From the human T2T-CHM13v2.0 reference genome, Homo sapiens, in assembly GCF_009914755.1 (NCBI RefSeq), contig NC_060939.1: 64,000 nucleotides of DNA; one strand, written 5' to 3'. Under the pieces are notes generated by a model. It worked only from the letters and a program-made list of their open reading frames with translations, was not told the origin of the DNA and did no database searches. This document shows, in pieces, positions 1 through 12,400 of this stretch. A program made the position numbers and the translations under genes. The number at the start of each line of letters is the position of its first letter. Position 1 is the stretch's first letter.

Positions 1-17
1 TCCCGTTTCCAACGAAA
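1..17 (-). promoter_or_regulatory. CENP-B box, canonical (recurs every 2,557 bp)
   Basis: tcccgtttccaacgaaa is the reverse complement of TTTCGTTGGAAACGGGA, which fits NTTCGNNNNANNCGGGN. Confidence 0.95.
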
Positions 18-171
18 TCCTCAGAACTATCGAAATTTCCAATTGCAGATTCCACAGAAACAGGGTTTCAAAGCTGCTCTGTAAAAAGAAAGGTTCAACT
101 CTGTTAGTTGAATACACACGTCACAAACAAGTTTCTGAGAATGCTTCTGTCTAGTTTTTATGGGAAGATAT

Positions 172-188
172 TTCCTTTTTCACCGTAG
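172..188 (+). promoter_or_regulatory. pJ-alpha (A-box) motif; identical copy at 852-868 (both recur every 2,557 bp)
   Basis: ttcctttttcaccgtag matches TTCCTTTTYCACCRTAG and lies 171 bp from a CENP-B box, at the homologous monomer position. Confidence 0.85.
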
Positions 189-342
189 GCCTCAAAGCGC
201 TCCAAATGTCCACGTCCACATACTACAAAAAGAGTGTTTCAAACCTGCTGTATGAAAGGGAATGTTCAACTCTATGAGTTGAATGCAAACATTACAAAGA
301 AGTTTCTGAGAATGCTTCTGTCTAGATTTTATATGAAGGTTT

Positions 343-359
343 TCCCGTTTCCAACGAAA
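343..359 (-). promoter_or_regulatory. CENP-B box, canonical (recurs every 2,557 bp)
   Basis: tcccgtttccaacgaaa. Confidence 0.95.
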
Positions 360-680
360 TTTTCAATGCTCTCAAAATATCCACTTGTAGATTCTACAAA
401 AAGAGTGTTTCCAAACTGCTGTGTCAAAAGAAAGGTTCAACTCTGTTAGTTGAGGACACACATCACAAATAAGTTTCTGAGAATGCTTCTGTCTAGTTCT
501 TATTTGAAGACATTTCCTTTCTCACCTTAGGCCTGAAAACGCTCGAAATATCCACTTCCAGATACGACAGAAACAGTGATTCAAACCTGCTCTATGAAAG
601 GGAATGTTCAACTAGGTGACTTGAATGCAAACATCACAAAGCAGTTTCTGAGAATGCTGCTGTCTACTTTCTATTTGTAA

Positions 681-697
681 TCCCGTTTCCAACGAAA
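681..697 (-). promoter_or_regulatory. CENP-B box, canonical (recurs every 2,557 bp)
   Basis: tcccgtttccaacgaaa. Confidence 0.95.
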
Positions 698-1022
698 TCC
701 TCAGAACTATCGAAATTTCCAATTGCAGATTCCACAAAAAGCGTGTTTCAAAGCTGCTCTGTAAAAAGAAAGGTTCAACTCTGTTAGTTGAATACACACG
801 TCACAAACAAGTTTCTGAGAATGCTTCTGTCTAGTTTTTATGGGAAGATATTTCCTTTTTCACCGTAGGCCTCAAAGCGCTCCAAATGTCCACTTCCACA
901 TACTACAAAAAGAGTGTTTCAAACCTGCTCTATGATAGGGAATGTTGAAACCTATGAGTTGAATGCAAGCATTACAAAGAGGTTTCTGAGAATGCTTCTG
1001 TCTAGATTTTATATGTAGATAT

Positions 1023-1039
1023 TCCCGTTTCCAACGAAA
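1023..1039 (-). promoter_or_regulatory. CENP-B box, canonical (recurs every 2,557 bp)
   Basis: tcccgtttccaacgaaa. Confidence 0.95.
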
Positions 1040-1193
1040 TCCTCAAAGCTATCCAAATATCAACTTGCAGATTCTACAAAAGGAATGTTTCCAAAATGCT
1101 GTATCCAAACAAAGGTTCAACTCTGTGAATTGAGGGCATACATCACAAAGAAGATTCTGAGAATGCTTCTGTCTAGATTTTATATGAAAATAT

Positions 1194-1210
1194 TCCCGTT
1201 TCCAACGAAA
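1194..1210 (-). promoter_or_regulatory. CENP-B box, canonical, only 171 bp from the previous box (recurs every 2,557 bp)
   Basis: tcccgtttccaacgaaa. Confidence 0.95.
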
Positions 1211-1535
1211 TCCTCAAAGCTATCCAAATATCCACTTGCAAATGCCACAAAAAGAGTGTTTCCAAACTGCTCTGTGAAAAGGAAGGTTCAACTCTGTTAG
1301 TTGAGTACACACATCACAAAGAGGTTTCTGAGAATGCTGCTGACTAGTTTTTATTTGAAGATATTTCCCTTTTCACCTTAGGCCTAAGAGTGCTCGAAAT
1401 GTCCATTTCCACATACTCCACAAAGTGTGTTTCAAACGTGCTGTATGAAAGGCAATGTTCAACTCTATGAGTTGAATGCAAACATCACAAAGAAGACTCT
1501 GAGAATGCTTTTGTCTAGATTTTATATGAAGATAT

Positions 1536-1552
1536 TCCCGTGTCCAACGAAA
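1536..1552 (-). promoter_or_regulatory. CENP-B box variant TTTCGTTGGACACGGGA (recurs every 2,557 bp)
   Basis: tcccgtgtccaacgaaa; the change is at non-essential position 11 and all 9 core bases are kept. Confidence 0.85.
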
Positions 1553-1706
1553 TTTTCAAAGGTCTCCAAATATCCATTTGTAGATTCTACAAAAAGAGTG
1601 TTTCCAAACTGCTGTATCAAAACAAAGGTTGAACTCTGTGAGTTGAGGACACACATCACAAATAAGTTTCTGAGAATGCTTCTGTCTAGTTTTTATTTGA
1701 AGATGT

Positions 1707-1723
1707 TTCCTTTTTCACCATAG
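1707..1723 (+). promoter_or_regulatory. pJ-alpha (A-box) motif; degenerate versions at 514, 1365, 2049 and 2391
   Basis: ttcctttttcaccatag is an exact match. The others read ttcctttctcaccttag (514, 2391), ttcccttttcaccttag (1365) and ttccttcttcaccatag (2049). Confidence 0.8.
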
Positions 1724-1877
1724 GCCTGAAAGCGCTCGAAATGTCCACTTCCAGATAGTACAGAAAGAGTGTTTCAAACCTGCTCTATGAACGGGAATGT
1801 TCAGCTCTGTGAGTTGAATGCAAACATCACAAAGCAGGTTCCGAGAATGCTTCCGTCTAGATTTTAAATGAGGATAT

Positions 1878-1894
1878 TCCCGTTTCCAACGAAA
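1878..1894 (-). promoter_or_regulatory. CENP-B box, canonical (recurs every 2,557 bp)
   Basis: tcccgtttccaacgaaa. Confidence 0.95.
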
Positions 1895-2110
1895 TCCTCG
1901 AAGCTATCCAAATATCCACTTGCAGATTCCACAAAAAGAGTGTTTCAAAACTGCTCTGTCAAAAGATAGGTTCAACTCTGTTAGTTGAGTACACACATGG
2001 CAAACAAGATTGCGAGAATGCTTTCGTCTAGTTTTTTTGGGAAGATATTTCCTTCTTCACCATAGGCCTCAAAGCGCTCCAAATATCCATTTCCACATGC
2101 TATACAAAGA

Positions 2111-3486
2111 GTGTCTCAAACCTGCTGTATGAATGGGAATGTTCAACTCTATGAGTTGAATGCAAACATCACAAAGAAGTTTCTGAGAATGCTGCTGTCT
2201 AGATTTTATATGAAGGTTTTCCCGCTTCCAACGAAATTTTCAATGCTCTCAAAATATCCTCTTGTAGATTCTACAAAAAGAGTGTTTCCAAACTGCTGTA
2301 TCAAAACAAAGGTTCATCTCTGTTAGTTGAGGACACACATCACAAATAAGTTTCTGAGAATGCTTCTGTCTAGTTCTTATTTGAAGACATTTCCTTTCTC
2401 ACCTTAGGCCTGAAAGCGCTCGAAATACCCACTTCCAGATACTACAGAAACAGTGATTCAAACCTGCTCTATGAAAGGGAATGTTCAACTAGGTGACTTG
2501 AATGCAAACATCACAAAGCAGTTTCTGAGAATGCTGCTGTCTACTTTCTATTTGTAATCCCGTTTCCAACGAAATCCTCAGAACTATCGAAATTTCCAAT
2601 TGCAGATTCCACAGAAACAGGGTTTCAAAGCTGCTCTGTAAAAAGAAAGGTTCAACTCTGTTAGTTGAATACACACGTCACAAACAAGTTTCTGAGAATG
2701 CTTCTGTCTAGTTTTTATGGGAAGATATTTCCTTTTTCACCGTAGGCCTCAAAGCGCTCCAAATGTCCACGTCCACATACTACAAAAAGAGTGTTTCAAA
2801 CCTGCTGTATGAAAGGGAATGTTCAACTCTATGAGTTGAATGCAAACATTACAAAGAAGTTTCTGAGAATGCTTCTGTCTAGATTTTATATGAAGGTTTT
2901 CCCGTTTCCAACGAAATTTTCAATGCTCTCAAAATATCCACTTGTAGATTCTACAAAAAGAGTGTTTCCAAACTGCTGTGTCAAAAGAAAGGTTCAACTC
3001 TGTTAGTTGAGGACACACATCACAAATAAGTTTCTGAGAATGCTTCTGTCTAGTTCTTATTTGAAGACATTTCCTTTCTCACCTTAGGCCTGAAAACGCT
3101 CGAAATATCCACTTCCAGATACGACAGAAACAGTGATTCAAACCTGCTCTATGAAAGGGAATGTTCAACTAGGTGACTTGAATGCAAACATCACAAAGCA
3201 GTTTCTGAGAATGCTGCTGTCTACTTTCTATTTGTAATCCCGTTTCCAACGAAATCCTCAGAACTATCGAAATTTCCAATTGCAGATTCCACAAAAAGCG
3301 TGTTTCAAAGCTGCTCTGTAAAAAGAAAGGTTCAACTCTGTTAGTTGAATACACACGTCACAAACAAGTTTCTGAGAATGCTTCTGTCTAGTTTTTATGG
3401 GAAGATATTTCCTTTTTCACCGTAGGCCTCAAAGCGCTCCAAATGTCCACTTCCACATACTACAAAAAGAGTGTTTCAAACCTGCT
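2111..3486. repeat. Internal 680-bp (4-monomer) tandem duplication inside each HOR period: copy A ~2111-2790, copy B ~2791-3470
   Basis: About 17 substitutions between the copies by eye. Both carry the same 4-bp-shortened monomer (tctactttctatttgtaatcccg). Twin ORFs lie 680 bp apart (2111/2791 and 2489/3169). Confidence 0.93.
2220..2236 (-). promoter_or_regulatory. CENP-B box variant TTTCGTTGGAAGCGGGA (recurs every 2,557 bp)
   Basis: tcccgcttccaacgaaa; the change is at non-essential position 12 and the core is kept. Confidence 0.9.
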
Positions 3487-6400
3487 CTATGATAGGGAAT
3501 GTTGAAACCTATGAGTTGAATGCAAGCATTACAAAGAGGTTTCTGAGAATGCTTCTGTCTAGATTTTATATGTAGATATTCCCGTTTCCAACGAAATCCT
3601 CAAAGCTATCCAAATATCAACTTGCAGATTCTACAAAAGGAATGTTTCCAAAATGCTGTATCCAAACAAAGGTTCAACTCTGTGAATTGAGGGCATACAT
3701 CACAAAGAAGATTCTGAGAATGCTTCTGTCTAGATTTTATATGAAAATATTCCCGTTTCCAACGAAATCCTCAAAGCTATCCAAATATCCACTTGCAAAT
3801 GCCACAAAAAGAGTGTTTCCAAACTGCTCTGTGAAAAGGAAGGTTCAACTCTGTTAGTTGAGTACACACATCACAAAGAGGTTTCTGAGAATGCTGCTGA
3901 CTAGTTTTTATTTGAAGATATTTCCCTTTTCACCTTAGGCCTAAGAGTGCTCGAAATGTCCATTTCCACATACTCCACAAAGTGTGTTTCAAACGTGCTG
4001 TATGAAAGGGAATGTTCAACTCTATGAGTTGAATGCAAACATCACAAAGAAGATTCTGAGAATGCTTTTGTCTAGATTTTATATGAAGATATTCCCGTGT
4101 CCAACGAAATTTTCAAAGGTCTCCAAATATCCATTTGTAGATTCTACAAAAAGAGTGTTTCCAAACTGCTGTATCAAAACAAAGGTTGAACTCTGTGAGT
4201 TGAGGACACACATCACAAATAAGTTTCTGAGAATGCTTCTGTCTAGTTTTTATTTGAAGATGTTTCCTTTTTCACCATAGGCCTGAAAGCGCTCGAAATG
4301 TCCACTTCCAGATAGTACAGAAAGAGTGTTTCAAACCTGCTCTATGAACGGGAATGTTCAGCTCTGTGAGTTGAATGCAAACATCACAAAGCAGGTTCCG
4401 AGAATGCTTCCGTCTAGATTTTAAATGAGGATATTCCCGTTTCCAACGAAATCCTCGAAGCTATCCAAATATCCACTTGCAGATTCCACAAAAAGAGTGT
4501 TTCAAAACTGCTCTGTCAAAAGATAGGTTCAACTCTGTTAGTTGAGTACACACATGGCAAACAAGATTGCGAGAATGCTTTCGTCTAGTTTTTTTGGGAA
4601 GATATTTCCTTCTTCACCATAGGCCTCAAAGCGCTCCAAATATCCATTTCCACATGCTATACAAAGAGTGTCTCAAACCTGCTGTATGAATGGGAATGTT
4701 CAACTCTATGAGTTGAATGCAAACATCACAAAGAAGTTTCTGAGAATGCTGCTGTCTAGATTTTATATGAAGGTTTTCCCGCTTCCAACGAAATTTTCAA
4801 TGCTCTCAAAATATCCTCTTGTAGATTCTACAAAAAGAGTGTTTCCAAACTGCTGTATCAAAACAAAGGTTCATCTCTGTTAGTTGAGGACACACATCAC
4901 AAATAAGTTTCTGAGAATGCTTCTGTCTAGTTCTTATTTGAAGACATTTCCTTTCTCACCTTAGGCCTGAAAGCGCTCGAAATACCCACTTCCAGATACT
5001 ACAGAAACAGTGATTCAAACCTGCTCTATGAAAGGGAATGTTCAACTAGGTGACTTGAATGCAAACATCACAAAGCAGTTTCTGAGAATGCTGCTGTCTA
5101 CTTTCTATTTGTAATCCCGTTTCCAACGAAATCCTCAGAACTATCGAAATTTCCAATTGCAGATTCCACAGAAACAGGGTTTCAAAGCTGCTCTGTAAAA
5201 AGAAAGGTTCAACTCTGTTAGTTGAATACACACGTCACAAACAAGTTTCTGAGAATGCTTCTGTCTAGTTTTTATGGGAAGATATTTCCTTTTTCACCGT
5301 AGGCCTCAAAGCGCTCCAAATGTCCACGTCCACATACTACAAAAAGAGTGTTTCAAACCTGCTGTATGAAAGGGAATGTTCAACTCTATGAGTTGAATGC
5401 AAACATTACAAAGAAGTTTCTGAGAATGCTTCTGTCTAGATTTTATATGAAGGTTTTCCCGTTTCCAACGAAATTTTCAATGCTCTCAAAATATCCACTT
5501 GTAGATTCTACAAAAAGAGTGTTTCCAAACTGCTGTGTCAAAAGAAAGGTTCAACTCTGTTAGTTGAGGACACACATCACAAATAAGTTTCTGAGAATGC
5601 TTCTGTCTAGTTCTTATTTGAAGACATTTCCTTTCTCACCTTAGGCCTGAAAACGCTCGAAATATCCACTTCCAGATACGACAGAAACAGTGATTCAAAC
5701 CTGCTCTATGAAAGGGAATGTTCAACTAGGTGACTTGAATGCAAACATCACAAAGCAGTTTCTGAGAATGCTGCTGTCTACTTTCTATTTGTAATCCCGT
5801 TTCCAACGAAATCCTCAGAACTATCGAAATTTCCAATTGCAGATTCCACAAAAAGCGTGTTTCAAAGCTGCTCTGTAAAAAGAAAGGTTCAACTCTGTTA
5901 GTTGAATACACACGTCACAAACAAGTTTCTGAGAATGCTTCTGTCTAGTTTTTATGGGAAGATATTTCCTTTTTCACCGTAGGCCTCAAAGCGCTCCAAA
6001 TGTCCACTTCCACATACTACAAAAAGAGTGTTTCAAACCTGCTCTATGATAGGGAATGTTGAAACCTATGAGTTGAATGCAAGCATTACAAAGAGGTTTC
6101 TGAGAATGCTTCTGTCTAGATTTTATATGTAGATATTCCCGTTTCCAACGAAATCCTCAAAGCTATCCAAATATCAACTTGCAGATTCTACAAAAGGAAT
6201 GTTTCCAAAATGCTGTATCCAAACAAAGGTTCAACTCTGTGAATTGAGGGCATACATCACAAAGAAGATTCTGAGAATGCTTCTGTCTAGATTTTATATG
6301 AAAATATTCCCGTTTCCAACGAAATCCTCAAAGCTATCCAAATATCCACTTGCAAATGCCACAAAAAGAGTGTTTCCAAACTGCTCTGTGAAAAGGAAGG

Positions 6401-9400
6401 TTCAACTCTGTTAGTTGAGTACACACATCACAAAGAGGTTTCTGAGAATGCTGCTGACTAGTTTTTATTTGAAGATATTTCCCTTTTCACCTTAGGCCTA
6501 AGAGTGCTCGAAATGTCCATTTCCACATACTCCACAAAGTGTGTTTCAAACGTGCTGTATGAAAGGGAATGTTCAACTCTATGAGTTGAATGCAAACATC
6601 ACAAAGAAGACTCTGAGAATGCTTTTGTCTAGATTTTATATGAAGATATTCCCGTGTCCAACGAAATTTTCAAAGGTCTCCAAATATCCATTTGTAGATT
6701 CTACAAAAAGAGTGTTTCCAAACTGCTGTATCAAAACAAAGGTTGAACTCTGTGAGTTGAGGACACACATCACAAATAAGTTTCTGAGAATGCTTCTGTC
6801 TAGTTTTTATTTGAAGATGTTTCCTTTTTCACCATAGGCCTGAAAGCGCTCGAAATGTCCACTTCCAGATAGTACAGAAAGAGTGTTTCAAACCTGCTCT
6901 ATGAACGGGAATGTTCAGCTCTGTGAGTTGAATGCAAACATCACAAAGCAGGTTCCGAGAATGCTTCCGTCTAGATTTTAAATGAGGATATTCCCGTTTC
7001 CAACGAAATCCTCGAAGCTATCCAAATATCCACTTGCAGATTCCACAAAAAGAGTGTTTCAAAACTGCTCTGTCAAAAGATAGGTTCAACTCTGTTAGTT
7101 GAGTACACACATGGCAAACAAGATTCCGAGAATGCTTTCGTCTAGTTTTTTTGGGAAGATATTTCCTTCTTCACCATAGGCCTCAAAGCGCTCCAAATAT
7201 CCATTTCCACATGCTATACAAAGAGTGTCTCAAACCTGCTGTATGAATGGGAATGTTCAACTCTATGAGTTGAATGCAAACATCACAAAGAAGTTTCTGA
7301 GAATGCTGCTGTCTAGATTTTATATGAAGGTTTTCCCGCTTCCAACGAAATTTTCAATGCTCTCAAAATATCCTCTTGTAGATTCTACAAAAAGAGTGTT
7401 TCCAAACTGCTGTATCAAAACAAAGGTTCATCTCTGTTAGTTGAGGACACACATCACAAATAAGTTTCTGAGAATGCTTCTGTCTAGTTCTTATTTGAAG
7501 ACATTTCCTTTCTCACCTTAGGCCTGAAAGCGCTCGAAATACCCACTTCCAGATACTACAGAAACAGTGATTCAAACCTGCTCTATGAAAGGGAATGTTC
7601 AACTAGGTGACTTGAATGCAAACATCACAAAGCAGTTTCTGAGAATGCTGCTGTCTACTTTCTATTTGTAATCCCGTTTCCAACGAAATCCTCAGAACTA
7701 TCGAAATTTCCAATTGCAGATTCCACAGAAACAGGGTTTCAAAGCTGCTCTGTAAAAAGAAAGGTTCAACTCTGTTAGTTGAATACACACGTCACAAACA
7801 AGTTTCTGAGAATGCTTCTGTCTAGTTTTTATGGGAAGATATTTCCTTTTTCACCGTAGGCCTCAAAGCGCTCCAAATGTCCACGTCCACATACTACAAA
7901 AAGAGTGTTTCAAACCTGCTGTATGAAAGGGAATGTTCAACTCTATGAGTTGAATGCAAACATTACAAAGAAGTTTCTGAGAATGCTTCTGTCTAGATTT
8001 TATATGAAGGTTTTCCCGTTTCCAACGAAATTTTCAATGCTCTCAAAATATCCACTTGTAGATTCTACAAAAAGAGTGTTTCCAAACTGCTGTGTCAAAA
8101 GAAAGGTTCAACTCTGTTAGTTGAGGACACACATCACAAATAAGTTTCTGAGAATGCTTCTGTCTAGTTCTTATTTGAAGACATTTCCTTTCTCACCTTA
8201 GGCCTGAAAACGCTCGAAATATCCACTTCCAGATACGACAGAAACAGTGATTCAAACCTGCTCTATGAAAGGGAATGTTCAACTAGGTGACTTGAATGCA
8301 AACATCACAAAGCAGTTTCTGAGAATGCTGCTGTCTACTTTCTATTTGTAATCCCGTTTCCAACGAAATCCTCAGAACTATCGAAATTTCCAATTGCAGA
8401 TTCCACAAAAAGCGTGTTTCAAAGCTGCTCTGTAAAAAGAAAGGTTCAACTCTGTTAGTTGAATACACACGTCACAAACAAGTTTCTGAGAATGCTTCTG
8501 TCTAGTTTTTATGGGAAGATATTTCCTTTTTCACCGTAGGCCTCAAAGCGCTCCAAATGTCCACTTCCACATACTACAAAAAGAGTGTTTCAAACCTGCT
8601 CTATGATAGGGAATGTTGAAACCTATGAGTTGAATGCAAGCATTACAAAGAGGTTTCTGAGAATGCTTCTGTCTAGATTTTATATGTAGATATTCCCGTT
8701 TCCAACGAAATCCTCAAAGCTATCCAAATATCAACTTGCAGATTCTACAAAAGGAATGTTTCCAAAATGCTGTATCCAAACAAAGGTTCAACTCTGTGAA
8801 TTGAGGGCATACATCACAAAGAAGATTCTGAGAATGCTTCTGTCTAGATTTTATATGAAAATATTCCCGTTTCCAACGAAATCCTCAAAGCTATCCAAAT
8901 ATCCACTTGCAAATGCCACAAAAAGAGTGTTTCCAAACTGCTCTGTGAAAAGGAAGGTTCAACTCTGTTAGTTGAGTACACACATCACAAAGAGGTTTCT
9001 GAGAATGCTGCTGACTAGTTTTTATTTGAAGATATTTCCCTTTTCACCTTAGGCCTAAGAGTGCTCGAAATGTCCATTTCCACATACTCCACAAAGTGTG
9101 TTTCAAACGTGCTGTATGAAAGGGAATGTTCAACTCTATGAGTTGAATGCAAACATCACAAAGAAGATTCTGAGAATGCTTTTGTCTAGATTTTATATGA
9201 AGATATTCCCGTGTCCAACGAAATTTTCAAAGGTCTCCAAATATCCATTTGTAGATTCTACAAAAAGAGTGTTTCCAAACTGCTGTATCAAAACAAAGGT
9301 TGAACTCTGTGAGTTGAGGACACACATCACAAATAAGTTTCTGAGAATGCTTCTGTCTAGTTTTTATTTGAAGATGTTTCCTTTTTCACCATAGGCCTGA

Positions 9401-12400
9401 AAGCGCTCGAAATGTCCACTTCCAGATAGTACAGAAAGAGTGTTTCAAACCTGCTCTATGAACGGGAATGTTCAGCTCTGTGAGTTGAATGCAAACATCA
9501 CAAAGCAGGTTCCGAGAATGCTTCCGTCTAGATTTTAAATGAGGATATTCCCGTTTCCAACGAAATCCTCGAAGCTATCCAAATATCCACTTGCAGATTC
9601 CACAAAAAGAGTGTTTCAAAACTGCTCTGTCAAAAGATAGGTTCAACTCTGTTAGTTGAGTACACACATGGCAAACAAGATTCCGAGAATGCTTTCGTCT
9701 AGTTTTTTTGGGAAGATATTTCCTTCTTCACCATAGGCCTCAAAGCGCTCCAAATATCCATTTCCACATGCTATACAAAGAGTGTCTCAAACCTGCTGTA
9801 TGAATGGGAATGTTCAACTCTATGAGTTGAATGCAAACATCACAAAGAAGTTTCTGAGAATGCTGCTGTCTAAATTTTATATGAAGGTTTTCCCGCTTCC
9901 AACGAAATTTTCAATGCTCTCAAAATATCCTCTTGTAGATTCTACAAAAAGAGTGTTTCCAAACTGCTGTATCAAAACAAAGGTTCATCTCTGTTAGTTG
10001 AGGACACACATCACAAATAAGTTTCTGAGAATGCTTCTGTCTAGTTCTTATTTGAAGACATTTCCTTTCTCACCTTAGGCCTGAAAGCGCTCGAAATACC
10101 CACTTCCAGATACTACAGAAACAGTGATTCAAACCTGCTCTATGAAAGGGAATGTTCAACTAGGTGACTTGAATGCAAACATCACAAAGCAGTTTCTGAG
10201 AATGCTGCTGTCTACTTTCTATTTGTAATCCCGTTTCCAACGAAATCCTCAGAACTATCGAAATTTCCAATTGCAGATTCCACAGAAACAGGGTTTCAAA
10301 GCTGCTCTGTAAAAAGAAAGGTTCAACTCTGTTAGTTGAATACACACGTCACAAACAAGTTTCTGAGAATGCTTCTGTCTAGTTTTTATGGGAAGATATT
10401 TCCTTTTTCACCGTAGGCCTCAAAGCGCTCCAAATGTCCACGTCCACATACTACAAAAAGAGTGTTTCAAACCTGCTGTATGAAAGGGAATGTTCAACTC
10501 TATGAGTTGAATGCAAACATTACAAAGAAGTTTCTGAGAATGCTTCTGTCTAGATTTTATATGAAGGTTTTCCCGTTTCCAACGAAATTTTCAATGCTCT
10601 CAAAATATCCACTTGTAGATTCTACAAAAAGAGTGTTTCCAAACTGCTGTGTCAAAAGAAAGGTTCAACTCTGTTAGTTGAGGACACACATCACAAATAA
10701 GTTTCTGAGAATGCTTCTGTCTAGTTCTTATTTGAAGACATTTCCTTTCTCACCTTAGGCCTGAAAACGCTCGAAATATCCACTTCCAGATACGACAGAA
10801 ACAGTGATTCAAACCTGCTCTATGAAAGGGAATGTTCAACTAGGTGACTTGAATGCAAACATCACAAAGCAGTTTCTGAGAATGCTGCTGTCTACTTTCT
10901 ATTTGTAATCCCGTTTCCAACGAAATCCTCAGAACTATCGAAATTTCCAATTGCAGATTCCACAAAAAGCGTGTTTCAAAGCTGCTCTGTAAAAAGAAAG
11001 GTTCAACTCTGTTAGTTGAATACACACGTCACAAACAAGTTTCTGAGAATGCTTCTGTCTAGTTTTTATGGGAAGATATTTCCTTTTTCACCGTAGGCCT
11101 CAAAGCGCTCCAAATGTCCACTTCCACATACTACAAAAAGAGTGTTTCAAACCTGCTCTATGATAGGGAATGTTGAAACCTATGAGTTGAATGCAAGCAT
11201 TACAAAGAGGTTTCTGAGAATGCTTCTGTCTAGATTTTATATGTAGATATTCCCGTTTCCAACGAAATCCTCAAAGCTATCCAAATATCAACTTGCAGAT
11301 TCTACAAAAGGAATGTTTCCAAAATGCTGTATCCAAACAAAGGTTCAACTCTGTGAATTGAGGGCATACATCACAAAGAAGATTCTGAGAATGCTTCTGT
11401 CTAGATTTTATATGAAAATATTCCCGTTTCCAACGAAATCCTCAAAGCTATCCAAATATCCACTTGCAAATGCCACAAAAAGAGTGTTTCCAAACTGCTC
11501 TGTGAAAAGGAAGGTTCAACTCTGTTAGTTGAGTACACACATCACAAAGAGGTTTCTGAGAATGCTGCTGACTAGTTTTTATTTGAAGATATTTCCCTTT
11601 TCACCTTAGGCCTAAGAGTGCTCGAAATGTCCATTTCCACATACTCCACAAAGTGTGTTTCAAACGTGCTGTATGAAAGGGAATGTTCAACTCTATGAGT
11701 TGAATGCAAACATCACAAAGAAGATTCTGAGAATGCTTTTGTCTAGATTTTATATGAAGATATTCCCGTGTCCAACGAAATTTTCAAAGGTCTCCAAATA
11801 TCCATTTGTAGATTCTACAAAAAGAGTGTTTCCAAACTGCTGTATCAAAACAAAGGTTGAACTCTGTGAGTTGAGGACACACATCACAAATAAGTTTCTG
11901 AGAATGCTTCTGTCTAGTTTTTATTTGAAGATGTTTCCTTTTTCACCATAGGCCTGAAAGCGCTCGAAATGTCCACTTCCAGATAGTACAGAAAGAGTGT
12001 TTCAAACCTGCTCTATGAACGGGAATGTTCAGCTCTGTGAGTTGAATGCAAACATCACAAAGCAGGTTCCGAGAATGCTTCCGTCTAGATTTTAAATGAG
12101 GATATTCCCGTTTCCAACGAAATCCTCGAAGCTATCCAAATATCCACTTGCAGATTCCACAAAAAGAGTGTTTCAAAACTGCTCTGTCAAAAGATAGGTT
12201 CAACTCTGTTAGTTGAGTACACACATGGCAAACAAGATTGCGAGAATGCTTTCGTCTAGTTTTTTTGGGAAGATATTTCCTTCTTCACCATAGGCCTCAA
12301 AGCGCTCCAAATATCCATTTCCACATGCTATACAAAGAGTGTCTCAAACCTGCTGTATGAATGGGAATGTTCAACTCTATGAGTTGAATGCAAACATCAC

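Larger units (their letters stand above)
1..2557 (-). repeat. One HOR unit (unit 1): 15 monomers in the order B-A-B-A-B-A-B-B-A-B-A-B-A-B-A, SF2 (D1/D2)-like
   Basis: CENP-B boxes start at 1, 343, 681, 1023, 1194, 1536, 1878 and 2220; spacings 342, 338, 342, 171, 342, 342, 342, 338 sum to 2557. A-type boxes start at 172, 514, 852, 1365, 1707, 2049 and 2391. Flanks such as aacgaaatcctcaaagctatccaaatatcc and taggcctcaaagcgctccaaatgtcc match my recollection of the D1 and D2 consensus. Confidence 0.93.

Noticed and set aside
133-141. TTCTGAGAA matches the STAT/GAS consensus TTC-N3-GAA in most monomers
   Set aside because: It is an intrinsic part of the alphoid consensus. Sequence alone gives no evidence of transcription-factor binding, so it is not called as a regulatory feature.
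661-680. Shortened (167-bp) monomer with a 4-bp deletion next to a CENP-B box
   Set aside because: It is real and occurs twice per unit, but short monomers are common in SF2 arrays. It is used only as a marker of the tetramer duplication.
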